This document shows, in pieces, positions 9,867 through 19,006 of a stretch of 48,913 nt of DNA. A model generated the notes under the pieces. It did no database searches. It worked only from the letters and a program-made list of their open reading frames with translations, and was not told the DNA's origin. The first letter of the stretch is position 1. The number at the start of each line of letters is the position of its first letter. The DNA lies in sequence record DRR378314_740; one strand, 5' to 3'. The translations under genes were made by a program, and so were the position numbers.

Positions 9867-10780
9867 ATGCGGCCGCGCACCGTTTTTGCACTGTGGAGAG
9901 TATGAGCGCCGGTGATCCCCTTGCCGGGACTGCCACCCACGCTGCCAGCAACCTACTGATCAGTTGGCCACGGCCAAAATGGTCCCGCAGCCTCCGGGTT
10001 GCGCGGGATATGGACGATGATCTGGCTCAAAGCATTCACCGCCTCGCCGCCAGTGGACGGCGGATCAACCTGATTGACCGGCGCGGACATCCATCGGCCA
10101 GTCACCGGGTGTACCTGCTGCCAGAAGGGCTCTCTTTCGACATTAATCGCACCGATCTGCACGCTTTTCTGGCGGCACTGGCATCCGGCGATGATTTGTC
10201 GGCCTGGTCCGGCGCGACGATGTCAAAACCGCTGGTGCTGTGCTGTACCCATGGTCGCAAGGACAAGTGCTGTGCCAAATTTGGTTACGCCGCCTACCAG
10301 GCGCTGGCGAGGACGGTAAAGGAGCGGAAGTTGCCGTTTGAGGTCTGGGAGAGCTCCCATCTGGGCGGGTGCCGGCTTGCCGCCAGCGTGATGGTGTTTC
10401 CCGCCATGCGCAAATATGGCCGGGTGGCGCCGGAGCAGGTATTGCCCCTGCTCCAACACGAGTCAGAAGGAATGCCCTACCTGCCCTGCTACCGGGGCCA
10501 GTCCTCGCTAACGCCGGCCCAACAGTGTGCTGAGATTTCGGCCCTGGAGTGGCTGGAGGCACGGCATATCAGCGCTAAACTCTCGGTCATGCCCGAAGCC
10601 GCCTGTCGTGACGGTAAAGACGTTACCGTGCAGGTGGATTGGGCCTCGAAGGAGGCGTCTGGTGCCTTGTTAGCCCAGTGCGGAACCACTGAGGTGATGC
10701 GTGTGGATACCTGTGCAGATTTGGACGAGGGCCCTACAGCGTCGGCCTGTTGGGTGGTGAAACACGTCATGCCGCTTTAG
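9863..10780 (+). CDS. Sucrase/ferredoxin-like (thioredoxin-like [2Fe-2S], Apd1/Aim32 family) protein
   Basis: LCCTHGRKDKCCAKFG and VWESSHLGGCRLA...YGRV motifs; ATGA overlap with the ATPase stop. Confidence 0.85.
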   Translation: MNAAAHRFCTVESMSAGDPLAGTATHAASNLLISWPRPKWSRSLRVARDMDDDLAQSIHRLAASGRRINLIDRRGHPSASHRVYLLPEGLSFDINRTDLHAFLAALASGDDLSAWSGATMSKPLVLCCTHGRKDKCCAKFGYAAYQALARTVKERKLPFEVWESSHLGGCRLAASVMVFPAMRKYGRVAPEQVLPLLQHESEGMPYLPCYRGQSSLTPAQQCAEISALEWLEARHISAKLSVMPEAACRDGKDVTVQVDWASKEASGALLAQCGTTEVMRVDTCADLDEGPTASACWVVKHVMPL

Positions 10781-10804
10781 CAGCTGCGCCAGTCCCGCCA
10801 ATAG

Positions 10805-11413
10805 TTACCTTGGTCGGTAGCCATCAAGAATCTGCGCCATGTCGTCTCCCAGGGCGCTCAGATCTATAGCAGACAGGTTTCGTTCCGCTATGGAGCGCAG
10901 GCCCATGATCTGGCTTTGCAACAGGCGGGCAAGGCGACCCGTATCGACGGAACCTTTCAACTCTCCCCGTTCCTTGGCCCGATCCAGGAGCGCCCTAAAG
11001 GAGTGCTCAATTCCTCCGAGGATCGCCAGCGCCTGTTCAGAAAGCCCAGCGTGCGTATTGCTGGATTCAAGTAGCGTTTTGACAATCAGGCAGGCACGGG
11101 ACGGCGGGGAATCGACATTCCCATTGATACAGCTCTGGGCGATGTTGCGAAGATAGTCTTGAAGGCCTTCAACGATCGAGTCGTAACCAGACATATGCTC
11201 TGCCAGCTCCGCACCGCCAGCGTCAGCGTAACGGCTGAGGGCTTCGGAGTAGAGACGATCTTTGCTGCCAAAGGTTGCATAGATGCTACCAGGCCGCATA
11301 TCCAGTGCTCGTTCGATTTGCTTCATGGAGCTACCGTGGTAACCCTTTGCCCAAAAGAGATCGACAGCCCGGGAAAGGGCGGACTCTCGATCATGATTTG
11401 GCGGTCTGGGCAT
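10805..11413 (-). CDS. TetR-family transcriptional regulator (NemR/ComR-like)
   Basis: N-terminal HTH FWAKGYHGSSM...GSIYATFGSKDRLY; C-domain ACLIVKT; divergent from the AhpD-like gene. Confidence 0.9.
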   Translation of the reverse strand: MPRPPNHDRESALSRAVDLFWAKGYHGSSMKQIERALDMRPGSIYATFGSKDRLYSEALSRYADAGGAELAEHMSGYDSIVEGLQDYLRNIAQSCINGNVDSPPSRACLIVKTLLESSNTHAGLSEQALAILGGIEHSFRALLDRAKERGELKGSVDTGRLARLLQSQIMGLRSIAERNLSAIDLSALGDDMAQILDGYRPR

Positions 11414-11435
11414 GATAATACCATCCACATCTAGC

Positions 11436-11510
11436 CTGAATGTTCACTCAATTATATATTGAGCAATCGCTCAAAAACAGTTAGGGTTTTGTTGTTGATC
11501 GATTACTCAT
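11436..11510. promoter_or_regulatory. Three TetR-type palindromic operators
   Basis: CTGAATGTTCACTCAA (11436), TTGAGCAATCGCTCAA (11459) and TTGATCGATTACTCAT (11495) in the divergent intergenic region. Confidence 0.75.
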
Positions 11511-11525
11511 AAATGGAGATGATTT

Positions 11526-12080
11526 ATGACAGACTTTAAATTGCACACCATCGAATCCGCTCCGGAAGGCTCGAAACCTTTGCTGGATAACTCCCAGAAA
11601 AATTTTGGAATGATCCCCGGGTTGCATGCAGTCATGGCGGAGTCTCCACAGGTGCTGGAGGCCTATCAAAAGCTTCACCAGTTGGTTCTGGACAGCAGTT
11701 TCGATAACGATGAAAAGACGGTCGTCTGGCAGACGATTAACGTCGAGAATGCCTGTCATTACTGTGTTCCGGCGCATACAGGTATTGCAAAGATGATGGA
11801 AGTCTCCGATGAGATCGTTGATGCGTTACGTGACGAGTCCCCGCTTCCCAGTGACAAGCTTGAAACGTTGCGCACGTTCACGCTTACTGTCATGCGCAAA
11901 CATGGTAATGCCAGCAAACAAGACCTGAATTCGTTCTTTGAGGCAGGCTACAGCAACCGTCAGGCGCTGGAGGTCATCATGACATTGTCCCAGAAGGTCA
12001 TGAGCAACTATATCAACCATATTGCCGAAACACCGGTTGACGAGCCGTTCAAGAAATTTGCCTGGACCAAGGCGCAGTAA
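11526..12080 (+). CDS. Carboxymuconolactone decarboxylase/AhpD-like peroxidase family protein
   Basis: FGMIPGLHAVMAESP and ENACHYCVPAH (CxxC plus His); RBS GGAG. Confidence 0.88.
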   Translation: MTDFKLHTIESAPEGSKPLLDNSQKNFGMIPGLHAVMAESPQVLEAYQKLHQLVLDSSFDNDEKTVVWQTINVENACHYCVPAHTGIAKMMEVSDEIVDALRDESPLPSDKLETLRTFTLTVMRKHGNASKQDLNSFFEAGYSNRQALEVIMTLSQKVMSNYINHIAETPVDEPFKKFAWTKAQ

Positions 12081-12089
12081 ACCTGCCTG

Positions 12090-12115
12090 GGCCGTGTGGA
12101 GAATTCTGCACGGCC
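12090..12115 (+). terminator. Hairpin after the AhpD-like gene
   Basis: GGCCGTG...CACGGCC inverted repeat; no clear U-tract. Confidence 0.45.
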
Positions 12116-12121
12116 AATTCA

Positions 12122-12148
12122 TGTAACAAATAGCCTCACCCTGTGTCT
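12122..12148 (+). promoter_or_regulatory. ECF-type promoter upstream of the DUF547 gene
   Basis: TGTAAC-N15-GTGTCT; same motif recurs elsewhere in the island. Confidence 0.75.
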
Positions 12149-12197
12149 GTGACCACACCCTTCACCCTGCAATTTGATGATCATCCTGGGAGTGGTT

Positions 12198-13043
12198 ATG
12201 TTTTTTCTTCAGAGGTTTATCGTCGTACTAGGCTTGGTTCTTTGTTCGAGCATCACGGAGGCGGGGGTCAACTCCGAGCTCTATGCGAACTATCAGCGCC
12301 TGTTGTCCGACTATGTCATTGAAAAGCCACTGTCCGGGAATGGTCTCGTGTCGGCTTTCAACTACAAAGTCGCTTTAGCGGATGAGAACCTCGAGCAAAT
12401 AACGACAGCTCAACATGAAGCCCTTAAAGCGTTTGACCCTCAAAAATTGGACGGGTCTGAGGAGGCCGTGGCCTTCTGGATAAACGCCTACAATTTTTTC
12501 ATGCTCTCCCAGGTGCTGACGGACCGGCCGAGTGGCGAACTCGTCTCGTCCGTCTGGGATTACGGTGGCCGGTTGAATCCCTTTGTCGACAGTGTGTTCG
12601 AGCGGAAAATATTCAATATTGGTGGGCGTTCCTATAGCTTGAATGAGATTGAGAAGGAGATTCTGCTTGGCGAGCAATTCGCTGCAAAAGGCTGGAAGGA
12701 TGCGCGGGTCCACTTTGCGGTGAACTGTGCATCCGTTGGTTGCCCGCCGTTGCGGGATGTTATCTACACCGCCGACAATCTGGAAAACCTGCTGGCGGAA
12801 AACACCAGACGGGCATTCGCAACCGACCGCCACCTCAGGATCGTAGGGAATACTCTGCATGTCACCGAGCTGTTCAAATGGTATGAAGAGGACTTCGCAG
12901 CGGCTTCCGGTTCACGGAAGGCATTCATTGCGGAGTGGGTGGATTCGTCGGTGGCGGATCGCGTTGCAGCAGCGTCGGAGATGAAGTTCATCGATTATGA
13001 CTGGGCACTGAACAAACCATCCAATTTTCCGGAGTTCCGTTAG
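12198..13043 (+). CDS. Exported DUF547-domain protein
   Basis: Signal peptide; AFWINAYN, SLNEIEKEIL, DARVHFAVNCASVGCPPL, YDWALN motifs. Confidence 0.88.
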   Translation: MFFLQRFIVVLGLVLCSSITEAGVNSELYANYQRLLSDYVIEKPLSGNGLVSAFNYKVALADENLEQITTAQHEALKAFDPQKLDGSEEAVAFWINAYNFFMLSQVLTDRPSGELVSSVWDYGGRLNPFVDSVFERKIFNIGGRSYSLNEIEKEILLGEQFAAKGWKDARVHFAVNCASVGCPPLRDVIYTADNLENLLAENTRRAFATDRHLRIVGNTLHVTELFKWYEEDFAAASGSRKAFIAEWVDSSVADRVAAASEMKFIDYDWALNKPSNFPEFR

Positions 13044-13071
13044 TCACTGTCGCTGAATACGGTCCATAGGA

Positions 13072-13101
13072 AAAGCCGCTATGCCCAAGCATGGCGGCTT
13101 T
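13072..13101. terminator. Bidirectional intrinsic terminator
   Basis: AAAGCCGCTATGC-CCAA-GCATGGCGGCTTT between convergent genes. Confidence 0.75.
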
Positions 13102-13113
13102 GGCTATCGTTGG

Positions 13114-13272
13114 TTATTTCGCAGAGACTTCAATACCCGCAACCTTCTCTACGGTTTTGTGTGGATAGCTTCGCGCTTCATTTGCCCGGTCGGCCTGGCC
13201 GTTCATCGCCAATGCGGTAGTGGCGGAGAATGACAGTGCAATAGCAGCGAAAATCAGTGTCAGTTTTCTCAT
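13114..13272 (-). CDS. Small (52 aa) secreted protein of unknown function
   Basis: MRKLTLIFAAIALSFSATTALA signal peptide with AxA site; GAGG RBS; own ECF-type promoter and a terminator. Confidence 0.75.
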   Translation of the reverse strand: MRKLTLIFAAIALSFSATTALAMNGQADRANEARSYPHKTVEKVAGIEVSAK

Positions 13273-13332
13273 AGGTTGATGCCTCGTGTTCATGATGTTG
13301 TGCGGGGCTTTCATGCCGCGCTTACGAGGTAT

Positions 13333-13360
13333 AGACACCCAACGGCCCTAACAAGTTACA
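13333..13360 (-). promoter_or_regulatory. ECF-type promoter for the small secreted protein
   Basis: Minus strand TGTAAC-N16-GTGTCT. Confidence 0.7.
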
Positions 13361-13492
13361 GGCTTTCAGTAGGCAGAGATCAAAAAATTCAGAGATGTAT
13401 AAATAAGGAAACGAACTAGAAATACGCCTATCCATCCCGTTTCGTTGTTTTCATAATGATCATTCAAGAATAAGTCGCAGAGGAGAAACGCC

Positions 13493-13654
13493 ATGAGCCG
13501 CGTACTCGCTATTGTTCTGGTCTTTGCCAGTTCGCTGGCAATGGCTGGAAGTGATACAACATCGCCACTGGTGGATGCCGGGTGGCTACAGGCCAACCTT
13601 GATCGGGACGATCTTGTTGTGCTGGATATCCGACCGCTCAGGGAGAACTGGTAA
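13493..13654 (+). pseudogene. Truncated exported rhodanese/sulfurtransferase (N-terminal 53 aa only)
   Basis: RBS AGGAG; MSRVLAIVLVFASSLAMAGSDTTSPLVDAGWLQANLDRDDLVVLDIRPLRENW*. PLVDxxWL...DLVVLDIR is the typical start of tandem-rhodanese sulfurtransferases. Not in the ORF track. Confidence 0.7.
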
Positions 13655-13680
13655 CTCGCGATAGCGCTGTCCTGACTCCT

Positions 13681-14427
13681 TCAAACCGGGTCGGTCGCCA
13701 GAATTTTCTTGAGGAAGTCTTTCGTCCGCGGATCCTTGGGATTGTAAAAGATCTCACCGGGCGGCCCTTGTTCCACAATTCGGCCGCCGTCGATAAAGAT
13801 CACACGGTCTGCGACGTCCCGGGCGAACGACATCTCGTGGGTAACCACCATCATGGTCTGGCGTTCCGAGGCCAGCTTTTTCATCAGACCCAGCACTTCC
13901 TCCACCCATTCCGGATCCAGTGAAGAAGTGGGTTCGTCAAACAGGATGACCTCGGCCCCGGTCGCCATTGCACGGCCAATACCAACCCGCTGTTGTTGGC
14001 CTCCGGACATGGATGCCGGGTAGGCGTCTGCCTTGTCAGCGAGGCCGATCTGTTCGAGTATTTCACGGCCGCGTTGGTACGCCTTTTCCTTTGGCCAGCG
14101 ATCCACCACCAGTAACCGTTCAGCGATGTTCTGCAATGCGGTCTTGTTGGAAAACAGGGCGTAGTTCTGGAACACAAAGGCCGTTCGCCGGCGCATGGAA
14201 AGGATGTCCGCACGGCTGGCACGGTTCACATCCACCGACAGGTCACCCACGGTCATGGTGCCGGTGGTGGGTTGTTCCAGAAAATTGATGCAGCGAAGCA
14301 GGGTTGATTTCCCGGTGCCGGAAGGGCCAATGATCACGACGATTTCACCCTTCTCGATCGTCAGGTCGATACTGTCGAGAACCACGGCCTTGCCGAAATG
14401 CTTACTCAGTGATTCCAATTTGATCAT
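13681..14427 (-). CDS. Polar amino acid (cystine-type) ABC ATPase
   Basis: [43 protein letters not shown]. Confidence 0.93.
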   Translation of the reverse strand: MIKLESLSKHFGKAVVLDSIDLTIEKGEIVVIIGPSGTGKSTLLRCINFLEQPTTGTMTVGDLSVDVNRASRADILSMRRRTAFVFQNYALFSNKTALQNIAERLLVVDRWPKEKAYQRGREILEQIGLADKADAYPASMSGGQQQRVGIGRAMATGAEVILFDEPTSSLDPEWVEEVLGLMKKLASERQTMMVVTHEMSFARDVADRVIFIDGGRIVEQGPPGEIFYNPKDPRTKDFLKKILATDPV

Positions 14428-15098
14428 CGGCTATAGGCCTTGTTCAGACGGGTTTCCAGATAGTGCTGAAGCTTGGAGAGTATCTCGACCACAATCCAGT
14501 ACATGATGGCGGCGACGATGAAGGCCTCAAAATAGAGGAAGCTTCCGGCAGCCTCTTTCTGGGTGGCACCCATCAGTTCGGTGACTCCCAGGGTAAACGC
14601 CAGGGAGGTGGCCTTGATCATGTCGATGAAGTAGTTCATCAGCGTGGGCAGAGCCACCCGGGTGGCCTGGGGCAGAACGATCCGTCGCATCAGTTGGCCG
14701 TTGGTCATACCAATGGACAGCGCAGCCTCGGTCTGGCTGCGATCAACACCCACGATGGCGGCGCGGATCGATTCGGCCATATAGGCGGAGAAATGCAGGG
14801 TCAGGCCCATGATGGTCGCGGTGACGCCATCGATGACCGTCAGGGCGCTCACGAGTTGCGGCAGGCCGTAGTAGAACAGGAACAGCTGCACCAGCAGCGG
14901 CGTGCCCCGGAAGAAGGAGATGAATACGATCGTCAGCTGGTTGAGTACCGGGATGCGCAGCACCCGGACAACGGCAAAGAGGCAGGCGAGGATCAGCGCC
15001 AACACCATCCCGATACCGGCCAGTTGCAGGGTCAGTGGCAGGTACCTGAGTAGCACAGGTACCAACCCGAGCATGTATTCGACGTTCAACACGTCCAT
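14424..15098 (-). CDS. Polar amino acid (cystine-type) ABC permease
   Basis: [42 protein letters not shown] (EAA loop). Confidence 0.92.
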   Translation of the reverse strand: MDVLNVEYMLGLVPVLLRYLPLTLQLAGIGMVLALILACLFAVVRVLRIPVLNQLTIVFISFFRGTPLLVQLFLFYYGLPQLVSALTVIDGVTATIMGLTLHFSAYMAESIRAAIVGVDRSQTEAALSIGMTNGQLMRRIVLPQATRVALPTLMNYFIDMIKATSLAFTLGVTELMGATQKEAAGSFLYFEAFIVAAIMYWIVVEILSKLQHYLETRLNKAYSR

Positions 15099-15124
15099 AG
15101 GGAGTCAGGCCTTGGTAGTGCCCC

Positions 15125-15880
15125 TCAGGGCTGGGTGATGTCCGTGCCGAACCACTTCTCGGAAATGGACGCCAGGGTACCGTTGTCGCGCAGGGTTGCG
15201 AGGGCTTTGTTGACCTCATCCCGCAGCGCCCGTCCGGCCTCGGTGTCGCGGAACGGATAGGCATTGGTAATCTGGGAGAACGTGGGGCCGGCGAGCTCCA
15301 GTGGCAGTGGCTTTTCCTTGATGATCTGGCTGGCACTGACTCGGTCCATCACGAAGGCGTCTACGCGGCCGAGAGCGGTATCGCGTTCCAGATTGCTCTC
15401 ATAGGTTTTGATGGTGATTTCGTCTGCGTAGGGCAGTTCCCGCAGCAAGGCCTCGAAGTTGGAACCCAGGTTCACCGCAACGGTCTTCCCCTTGAGGTCT
15501 TCCACGCTTTCGACCTCGGTGTTGCCCTTTTTAGTCACCACCTGGGCGCCGTCATAGACGTAGGGTTCGCTGAAGATGTACGCCTTCTGACGCTCCTCGG
15601 TGATGGTGATCTGGTTGGCAACGGTGTCGATGCGGCCGGACTCCAGCATGCCAAACAGGCCGGAGAAGTTGGCGGTCTGATACTGGATATCGCGCCCCAT
15701 CTCCTCGCCAATGGCATTCATGACATCGACCTCGAAGCCCTTGAGTTCATCCTGCTCCACAAAGGTGAACGGGAAGTACTGGCCCGACATACCGACTTTC
15801 AAGGGGTCTCCCTGGGCAAGAGCCGGAGCACTTACCATCATGGATACGATGATCAACGAATGAATCAGTAGTGTTTTCAT
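15125..15880 (-). CDS. Polar amino acid ABC binding protein (FliY/TcyA-like, probably cystine)
   Basis: ATG 15880 with GGAGG RBS and signal peptide; GMSGQYFPFTF, LESGRIDTVANQITITEER. Confidence 0.88.
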   Translation of the reverse strand: MKTLLIHSLIIVSMMVSAPALAQGDPLKVGMSGQYFPFTFVEQDELKGFEVDVMNAIGEEMGRDIQYQTANFSGLFGMLESGRIDTVANQITITEERQKAYIFSEPYVYDGAQVVTKKGNTEVESVEDLKGKTVAVNLGSNFEALLRELPYADEITIKTYESNLERDTALGRVDAFVMDRVSASQIIKEKPLPLELAGPTFSQITNAYPFRDTEAGRALRDEVNKALATLRDNGTLASISEKWFGTDITQP

Positions 15881-16028
15881 AGAACCTCCTTCCAGAGTTT
15901 GTCGCTTTAACAGCTCACGCTGGGACGAGCATGGAGTTATCATACGCGCCCTTGGTGTTTATTGAGAGTCGCGATAGCCGAGACGATACCTTCGGTATTT
16001 ACGGCCCGACGGGGTCGTCACTTTGTTG

Positions 16029-16700
16029 TTATTGGTTAAGTTGAAGCCAGCGCGCCAGCTGCGAGCCGGGGTGTCGGCTGATGGACCACGGCAACCATAC
16101 CATCACCGCCAGAATAACCGCGCCTGCGGCGACGGTCAGCACCGGATTCAACGTGAACGTGTTCCCCAGGCCTGCAAACACCACCGTCATTGGCAGCATG
16201 CCAACGAAGGTGGCAATGGCAAAGCGCCAGGCGCGTATGGCGGTGACGCCGGCGGCGTAGCTGATCAGGGCGAACGAAAAAACGGGGATCAATCGGGTCA
16301 GCAGGATGGCGATGGTCATAAAGCGTTGCGAGCCATCCCGTGCAAGCACAGGGTTGTCCGGAAAACGTTTGCAGATCACGTCGCGTCCGAGGCAGCGGGC
16401 AATCCAGAACGCTGCCATGGCACCCAGCAAGGCACCGGTTGCTGCAATGGCGGTTCCCTCAAGCAAACCAAACGCCAGGCCTGCGGTTGCACTGACCGGA
16501 AGCGTGGGAATCGGGCCTATCACAACCGCCATCGTCATCAGCAGCATCAGCAACAGTGGGCCGGCAGCCCCCTGGCTTTTCAGCCATTGCGAAAGGGCAT
16601 CTGGAGACAGGTCCGCAGGTAGTCCCAATATCTGCAGCAACCACCAGGCACCTGCCAGGGTAGCCATTACCACGACAACGATGGCGATTCTCAGTGTCAT
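16029..16700 (-). CDS. TVP38/TMEM64 (DedA/VTT) membrane protein
   Basis: PIPTLPVSATAGLAFG, LTRLIPVFSFALISYAAG; ATGA-coupled to the upstream gene. Confidence 0.88.
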   Translation of the reverse strand: MTLRIAIVVVVMATLAGAWWLLQILGLPADLSPDALSQWLKSQGAAGPLLLMLLMTMAVVIGPIPTLPVSATAGLAFGLLEGTAIAATGALLGAMAAFWIARCLGRDVICKRFPDNPVLARDGSQRFMTIAILLTRLIPVFSFALISYAAGVTAIRAWRFAIATFVGMLPMTVVFAGLGNTFTLNPVLTVAAGAVILAVMVWLPWSISRHPGSQLARWLQLNQ

Positions 16701-17449
16701 TCCGCCCATCGGAACCCCCGGTAATCGAATCCTTGTTCCAGCGTGGGTTTAACGACGTCGAAATAGGGGGAGGCGTCGAAATCCCGGGGCGCAAATAGAG
16801 AATGATGGCGAATCCGGAAGTACTCGCGCTTTTGCGCGGCGCAAGCCGGATCACCTTCGGATTCGGAGAGGCTTACGGGCAGTATCGGGTAATGGAGGGC
16901 CTGGAACCCCTCGGCGATGAATGTGGAGCAGATCGCCCGCGTGGGATCACCGCTGCCAAGGGCCAGAAGCGAACGTCGGTAACGGGACGGTACCGGTGGC
17001 GTCGGGCAAAGGTAGCGTGCCAGATCCCAGACGTTTTTCAGGTCGTACTGGTGGCCGAGCCGGCTTTTCGAGTAATCCACAAGCTTGCCGATATCATTGT
17101 CAGTGAGTCCGACCGGGCGACAGATGCGGGTATGGGTGTTGCGGTATGCCGACAACGAAAGCGGGCGAATACCTTCCTCAAGATCCGCCTCGATCAGTAC
17201 ATGCGGCTCGCCATTGTCGGCGGCGCCAAGGCCTGCGCTCGGTCCCAGGTAAAGGGCGGCGTGGGACCAGGTTGACTGAGTCAGGTACTTGATGGCCACA
17301 CTGATTCGCGTATTTCCCTCCACCAGTAAGACGTCGCCGGGCTGAAGAGTTTTTTTCAGGGCTTCCCAGGCGGAGGTGCGCACCGAGTGTTGGGTGACCT
17401 GCTTTGAAAGGTAGGTGGTCAGGCGCCGTGACAGCCAGTTCAGTAGCAT
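16697..17449 (-). CDS. YiiX/YebB-like permuted papain/NlpC-P60 cysteine amidase
   Basis: LQPGDVLL, WSHAALY (His) preceding ICSTFIAEGF (Cys), the permuted catalytic order; LGHQYD. Confidence 0.8.
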   Translation of the reverse strand: MLLNWLSRRLTTYLSKQVTQHSVRTSAWEALKKTLQPGDVLLVEGNTRISVAIKYLTQSTWSHAALYLGPSAGLGAADNGEPHVLIEADLEEGIRPLSLSAYRNTHTRICRPVGLTDNDIGKLVDYSKSRLGHQYDLKNVWDLARYLCPTPPVPSRYRRSLLALGSGDPTRAICSTFIAEGFQALHYPILPVSLSESEGDPACAAQKREYFRIRHHSLFAPRDFDASPYFDVVKPTLEQGFDYRGFRWAE

Positions 17450-17487
17450 TGGTACTCCGGTTGTTGGCGGTAGGTTGATAGCAACAA

Positions 17488-17514
17488 AGACAAACAACCG
17501 GACTGACTGTTACA
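17488..17514 (-). promoter_or_regulatory. ECF-type promoter for the amidase-DedA operon
   Basis: Minus strand TGTAAC-N15-TTGTCT. Confidence 0.7.
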
Positions 17515-17530
17515 ACGCCCTGGCGCCGTT

Positions 17531-17941
17531 CTACGCAGCAGTGGGAGCCGGTTGCCTCGAAAGCGTAAGCGTATCGTAATCACGAAGCAGATACAGCGCC
17601 GCGCATGCGGCAAGCATGGGCCAGGCCGCAAAGAACAGAAGGTTATCGAAAGGCTGCAGGTACTTTGCGAATGAAGACAGGGTTGAAGCACCGTGGAAGA
17701 TCAGGAGTGCGCCGTAAGTCCAGGTTTTCAGTAGGCCAGCAACAAACACCAGTATCAGCACAAGTTGTGCGATGCCAATAAGGTAGACGGCTGTCTCGCC
17801 AAGGCCATCGAGCCCGTAAAATGAATCGAATACCTTGATAGCGTGCTCAGGCTGAACCAGCTTATCCAGGGTCCAGACCAGAAAAACAACGAAAACACCA
17901 AGTCGAAGTAACAGCAGGGCAAGGGGTAACTGCTTGGGCAT
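17531..17941 (-). CDS. DoxX-like membrane protein
   Basis: LALLLLRLGVFVVFLVWTLDKL, about 4 TM segments; GGAG RBS. Confidence 0.78.
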   Translation of the reverse strand: MPKQLPLALLLLRLGVFVVFLVWTLDKLVQPEHAIKVFDSFYGLDGLGETAVYLIGIAQLVLILVFVAGLLKTWTYGALLIFHGASTLSSFAKYLQPFDNLLFFAAWPMLAACAALYLLRDYDTLTLSRQPAPTAA

Positions 17942-17961
17942 TCCATATCTCCTTTCGAATT

Positions 17962-18005
17962 TTGAATGATCGTTCCAGAGACAGAGCGGCGGTGTGGGAG
18001 TTCCA
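17962..18005 (-). promoter_or_regulatory. ECF-type promoter plus adjacent TetR-type operator for the DoxX gene
   Basis: Minus strand TGGAAC-N15-CTGTCT (17979-18005) immediately followed by palindrome TTGAATGATCGTTCCA (17962-17977). Confidence 0.65.
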
Positions 18006-18088
18006 TTGGCAAGCGAAAAGAGTGGTTCTGTCAGAGCCAGGTGGAACGTCCGGAAGGGGCGGGTGTCGTTACATGAAAGCGAAGAGCG

Positions 18089-18352
18089 TCACGGGGCAGA
18101 CGTGTCGTTTCCGGAGCGCCGAGCGTTGAGCGACTCACTGACCCGTTCGTCAATCCGGCGTACCAGATCTTCGTCTGCTTGTTGACTGGAGTGCGTGCTC
18201 ATAAGCTCTATGCTGGCCTTCAGGCTGCCAATGAAACTGCGACAGCGACCGCACATCAGTAGGTGCATCTTCACAGACATCACCTTCCCAGCGCCCAATT
18301 CACCGTCAATGTAATCACTGGCGATGCGAGCCAGGTCCCGGCACATTAACAT
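18089..18352 (-). CDS. Soluble zinc-binding anti-sigma factor (zf-HC2/ZAS)
   Basis: MCRDLARIASDYIDGEL...HLLMCGRC (HxxxCxxC); no TM segment; overlaps the ECF sigma stop. Confidence 0.9.
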   Translation of the reverse strand: MLMCRDLARIASDYIDGELGAGKVMSVKMHLLMCGRCRSFIGSLKASIELMSTHSSQQADEDLVRRIDERVSESLNARRSGNDTSAP

Positions 18353-18966
18353 TCGCCTGTCTCCTGAAATGCCTCAACCATCAGAAAGATTTTCTGCCGT
18401 GCCCGATGCAGGAGCACGCGCAGGTTAGAGGCGCTGACATCCAGAATGTTACACACGTCGTCGGATTTATGCTGATGCGCTTCGTACAACATCAATGCTG
18501 ATCGCTGTGTTTCCGGCAGTGCGGACAGGTGTTGATCGAGGCAGTCGCTCAGCGCACCGTTCTCCATCAGCGCCTGGGCGGACTCATTGAATTTCAGGCT
18601 CGGCGGTGTGGCCCAGCGACCATTGGGCGCAAAGCGGGCGGCGAGGTCCGGGTCCAGCGCTTCCGAAAAATCCGCGTTTACTTCCCTCCTGGTCTTTCGG
18701 AGATGATTCTTGGCCCGGTTTGCTACGATACGGTGCAGCCATGTCTTCAGGCCGGAACGGCCCTCAAATGTCCGAACGGCGTCGATAACCGTCACCCAAC
18801 AATCCTGGACAATTTCCTCTGCCGAGGCGTGATCAAGGTAAAAGCGGGCGACGGCCATCATGCCAGGGGTGTATAAACGCACAGCGTCGCGAAAGGCGCC
18901 CTGGTTCCCCGACTTCAGGCCGGTGATGAGGATGTCGTCGTCAGATTGATGTGTTGTGGTTTCCAT
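18346..18966 (-). CDS. ECF sigma factor
   Basis: Region 2 AEEIVQDCW...FEGRSGLKTWLHRIVANRA; region 4 LPETQRSALML...SNLRVLLHRAR. Confidence 0.93.
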   Translation of the reverse strand: METTTHQSDDDILITGLKSGNQGAFRDAVRLYTPGMMAVARFYLDHASAEEIVQDCWVTVIDAVRTFEGRSGLKTWLHRIVANRAKNHLRKTRREVNADFSEALDPDLAARFAPNGRWATPPSLKFNESAQALMENGALSDCLDQHLSALPETQRSALMLYEAHQHKSDDVCNILDVSASNLRVLLHRARQKIFLMVEAFQETGEC

Positions 18967-18979
18967 TCCGTATACCCCA

Positions 18980-19006
18980 GGACACCTGCGTTAGAGCGTT
19001 GTTATA
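18980..19006 (-). promoter_or_regulatory. Possible autoregulatory ECF promoter
   Basis: Minus strand TATAAC-N15-GTGTCC, two mismatches to the island consensus. Confidence 0.45.

Noticed and set aside
13366-13596. 76-aa minus-strand ORF
   Set aside because: Overlaps the better-supported plus-strand rhodanese remnant and AT-rich promoter DNA.
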